DNA of 64,000 nucleotides, from the NCBI GenBank assembly GCA_951406725.2, contig OX597816.1:180172001-180236000 (forward strand), written 5' to 3'. The notes beneath the pieces are model-generated. The model was given only the letters and a program-made list of their open reading frames with translations, made no database searches and had not been told where the DNA came from. This DNA is from Octopus vulgaris (taxonomy: Eukaryota). Position 1 is the stretch's first letter. Each line of letters begins with the position of its first letter. A program made the position numbers and the translations under genes. Positions 60,454 through 64,000 of the stretch are shown in pieces.

Positions 60454-61070
60454 CAGTGGTTCTCAACCATTTTTTTACCTATGGACCTCTTTGATTCCTA
60501 TTTTACTCAGATGGACCCTTCAATCTTCAAAGAAATTCTGTTATATTTTTATATCCAAATAATATAAGAAATTGTATTTAAAAATCTATGATAATATTTT
60601 GTGTATTGTTGAAGTATTCTCTCTTTTACTTGTTTCAGTCATTTGACTGCTGCCATGCTGGAGCACTGCTTTTATAGTTGAGCAAATCAACCCCAGAGCT
60701 TATTCTTTGTAAGCCTAGTATTTATTCTATTGGTCTCTTTTGCCAAACTGCTAAGTTACAGAGACGTAAACACACCAGCGGCGAGCTGGCAGAACCGTTA
60801 GCACGTCGGCGAAATGCGTAGCCGTATTTCGTCTGCCATAACATTCTGAGTTCAAATACTGCCGAGGTCGACTTTGCCTTTCATCCTTTCGGTATCGATA
60901 AATTAAGTACCAGTTACGCACTGGGGTTGATGTAATTGACTTAATCCGTTTGTCTGTCCTTGTTTGTCCCCTCTGTGTTTAGCCCCTTGTGGGTAGTAGA
61001 GAAATAGGTTGTCAAGCGATGCTGGGGGGGGGGGGGACAAACAGACACACAAACATACACATACACATAC

Positions 61071-61113
<43 letters not shown>

Positions 61114-61386
61114 TACGACGGGCTTCTTCCAGTTTCCGTCTACCAAATCCACTCACAAGGCTTTGGTGGCCCCAAGGTTATTGTAGAAGACACTTGCCCA
61201 AGGTGCCACGCAGTGGGACTGAACCCAGGACCATGTGGTTAGTAAGCAAGCTACATACCACACAGCCACTCCTGTGCCAATTTGTTGCACATTGGTAAGG
61301 AAGCTACTTACCACACTCCTGCGCCAATTTGTTGCACATAAATTTTAAAATCGAAATCTTATGTGGACCTCAGTTGAGAATCACTG
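60454..61386. mobile_element. hAT-like MITE containing a minus-strand SINE (60618-61278) that itself contains a plus-strand SINE (~60779-61008)
   Basis: TIRs cagtggttctcaac / gttgagaatcactg; inner SINE head ggcgagctggcagaa..gagttcaaat. Confidence 0.7.
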
Positions 61387-62532
61387 CTTTAACATATCAA
61401 AAAATATCTTATTCGTAATTTTATTATACACAGGTATGATTAATACAAATTGAGCAATAATTTTTTTATATATTTTTCCCTTAAACTTTTGACGTTAAAA
61501 TATAATTTTCCTTGAATTATTGATGCGATAATTTGAAACTTTCGATTCAAAGTATGTCAGCAAATTTTTGCTTGATTACCAGAGCATCGCTAAGTTTAAC
61601 AAAAGCCATGCTCTAGTGAGGCATAAGTGTTTTGAGCAGTGTGACATATGGGACACAGTTGCAACACCTGGCAGATGGAGGGCATATGGGTGTGCTGTGT
61701 TGGTAAGAATGAATGTGTCTACAAAGTATTTGCTATATTTTGTGTAATGTAAAGTAGAATAATTTGATGCTATGTGTATCATAGTGTCGTTATTTAATCT
61801 CAGGTTTGTGATTTAGCTTATAGATCTAATGTAAGGCATTTTCAGCCTGACTGTTATGCTTTTCTGTATGTTTATAACTATATTGTCCTATATATGTACT
61901 TCTTTTTTTCAACATTGTGTGTTATTTGAGGGAGATTTAGCTGCTGTTTCTAGCTGGTCGAGTGGCCATGTGGTGGTTCACTTGTTCATTCATGTATTGT
62001 GACATAATGCTTGATGTTGTGTAGTGAAATGTCGCTGCTTAACCACAGGTCAACTCTAATCTAATAGATATGATCGAAAGCAATCTAGTCATGACCATCT
62101 TGTCTTTTCAGGGGTGTGTTGGACTATACACCTAATGTATTTTTGTCAGGCCTATCACACTAGGTGATTTTTAGTATTTTGGCATTGTTGTGCTCTGTGA
62201 CAGGTCTTCATTTCCACAAGTTTTACTCATAAATATTAAATGGTGGTGGTGGTGGCGGTGGCGGTGGCGGCGGCGGCGGCGGCGGCGGCGATGGTAGTTT
62301 GGTGGTATGTGTTGTTTAGCCGAAGGTCATCCCTGACTGAACTGAACTAAGAACAAAGGTATTCCAGCCATGATCATCCCATGGAATTACATTATCCACT
62401 ATATCTATCCTTTATTGTTTGAGACCATAGGATGTGTGTTGAGGAAGATTTGACTACTGTTTCTAGCAGAGCAAGCAATCTTCATAGAGACTTCCTTGTT
62501 GGTCATAGTCGTGTTAGAATGTTATTGGTGGT

Positions 62533-63013
62533 GGTCATCATCATTCATCATTGTTCGACCGTGGTTGAATCAATGGAATTTACCATGCTACACCAGACTT
62601 CACGGTCCATCATGGCATTACGGAGGTCCTGTTGCTGGATGCCTGTATCCCTGGAGATTACATCAGGGTAGGAGAGTGTGCGCCCTCTGGTATTGCGAGT
62701 AGATGGCTTCCAGAGGAGAAGAGTAGAAATTACCTCTTTTTCAGCTCTACAACAATGTCCAGCAAACTGGACTCTCCTACCTTTCACAAGAGATGACACA
62801 GGTTGTAGTTTCCCATATATTTGCATTTTGGTTGGATGACGCTTCCACGAGAGATTTTGAGCTCTCATAAGGAGGCGAGTGTAGGTTCCATCCAACTGCC
62901 TCTCAAGCTTCTTTTATAACGTCCAGGTTTCTGAGCCATATAGTAGAATTGGTTCGACTGTGGCTTTGAAGATTTCAAGTTTGAAGTCTCTATTTAGATT
63001 TGATGACCAGATC
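62533..63013 (-). mobile_element. 3' fragment of RTE-clade LINE with (TGA)n tail
   Basis: ILLYGSETWTL..LDGTYTRLL..RRVQFAGHCCR. Confidence 0.85.
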
Positions 63014-64000
63014 TTGGTGGTGGTGGTAGTATTAGTGGCAGTGATAATAGTGTTGGAGGTGGTAATAGTAATGTCGGTGATGATGGTGGTTGTAACAATA
63101 GTTGTAGTGATGGTAGGACAAGTGGTAGAACTAAGCTTCAGAAGTAAGAACCCTGTACGGCACCTATTACTAGTTCTTAATAGCAGTGCCTACAGCTCCC
63201 CTGTGTGTGCACCCACCCATGCATACACATGCCTATCAGTTCGCTTACCAGAAAGGCCTTACAGGCACCCACTTGTTCCTAGATCTTGCTCTGCTTCACT
63301 AATTGCAGACATATAACATTTACATACATATATACATATATCTTTATAGATGCAGGCATAGGTGTGTGGTAAGGGTCTTGCTTTCCAATCACATGGTTCC
63401 TGGTTCAGTTCCACTTGGTCCTGTTGCTGGATGCCTGTATCCCTGGAGATTACATCAGGGTAGGAGATCAAATCCTTGTTTGTGGACTTGGTAAGCAGAA
63501 ACTGAAAGCTTGTTACATATGTGTGTGTGTGTGTGTGTGTCCTTGCCTTGACATCATGTGATAGTTATAAGTGGGGGTGGGTAACGTTGTCATACAAGCA
63601 TTGTCATCATTCATTTCCAGTATTCTGCGAGAACATGTCTATCTGCTGGCGAATATTACTTTGCTTCGAAAGATGTGAGGGTTGGTGAAAGGAGGGACAT
63701 CTGGTTGTAGAAAATCTGCATCAGTAAACTCCATCTGACCCACACAAGCACGAAAAAGTGGATGATATATGATGATTTTTACACACAGACACACACACAC
63801 GCACACATAAAATTGATGTTTGTTTTATGTTTATGAGCAAGTGTCTTATATAATATAATGGAATTACTGTATACAGTGCTCAGGTGCACCACAACTTGTC
63901 AGAGTATATGCAGTAATGTACAAATATTTGGAAAGCGAACAATGCATGAGTCAGATATATGCTTGTGTGTGTATGGAGGGGAGAAAATCAGGTGTAGTGT

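Noticed and set aside
62240-62292. (GGC)n tract as poly-Gly/Ala coding exon
   Set aside because: No supporting ORF or splice sites; simple repeat

Overview
AT-rich, repeat-saturated eukaryotic DNA, probably an Octopus-like cephalopod (inferred from the SINE families and the density of (TA)n). Most ORFs in the supplied track are microsatellite artefacts. The only host coding sequence I can support is a 32-bp micro-exon (46164-46195, +) encoding W-GFGKQGFQCK-V, part of the C1A domain of a conventional protein kinase C, so the window is mainly giant introns of a cPKC gene. These contain two Penelope-like (PLE) RT+GIY-YIG remnants, CR1-like, RTE and RLE-type LINE fragments, Tc1/mariner/maT transposons, Helitrons and many tRNA-derived SINEs. 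The most striking hidden signal is about ten complete minimal type-I hammerhead-ribozyme (HHR) motifs plus two half motifs. They lie in PLE 3' ends and in short ORF-less, often fold-back, (TA)n-embedded elements; one is fused to an inverted copy of nearby genomic DNA. All structures were read by eye and no search or folding program was run; element boundaries are approximate.
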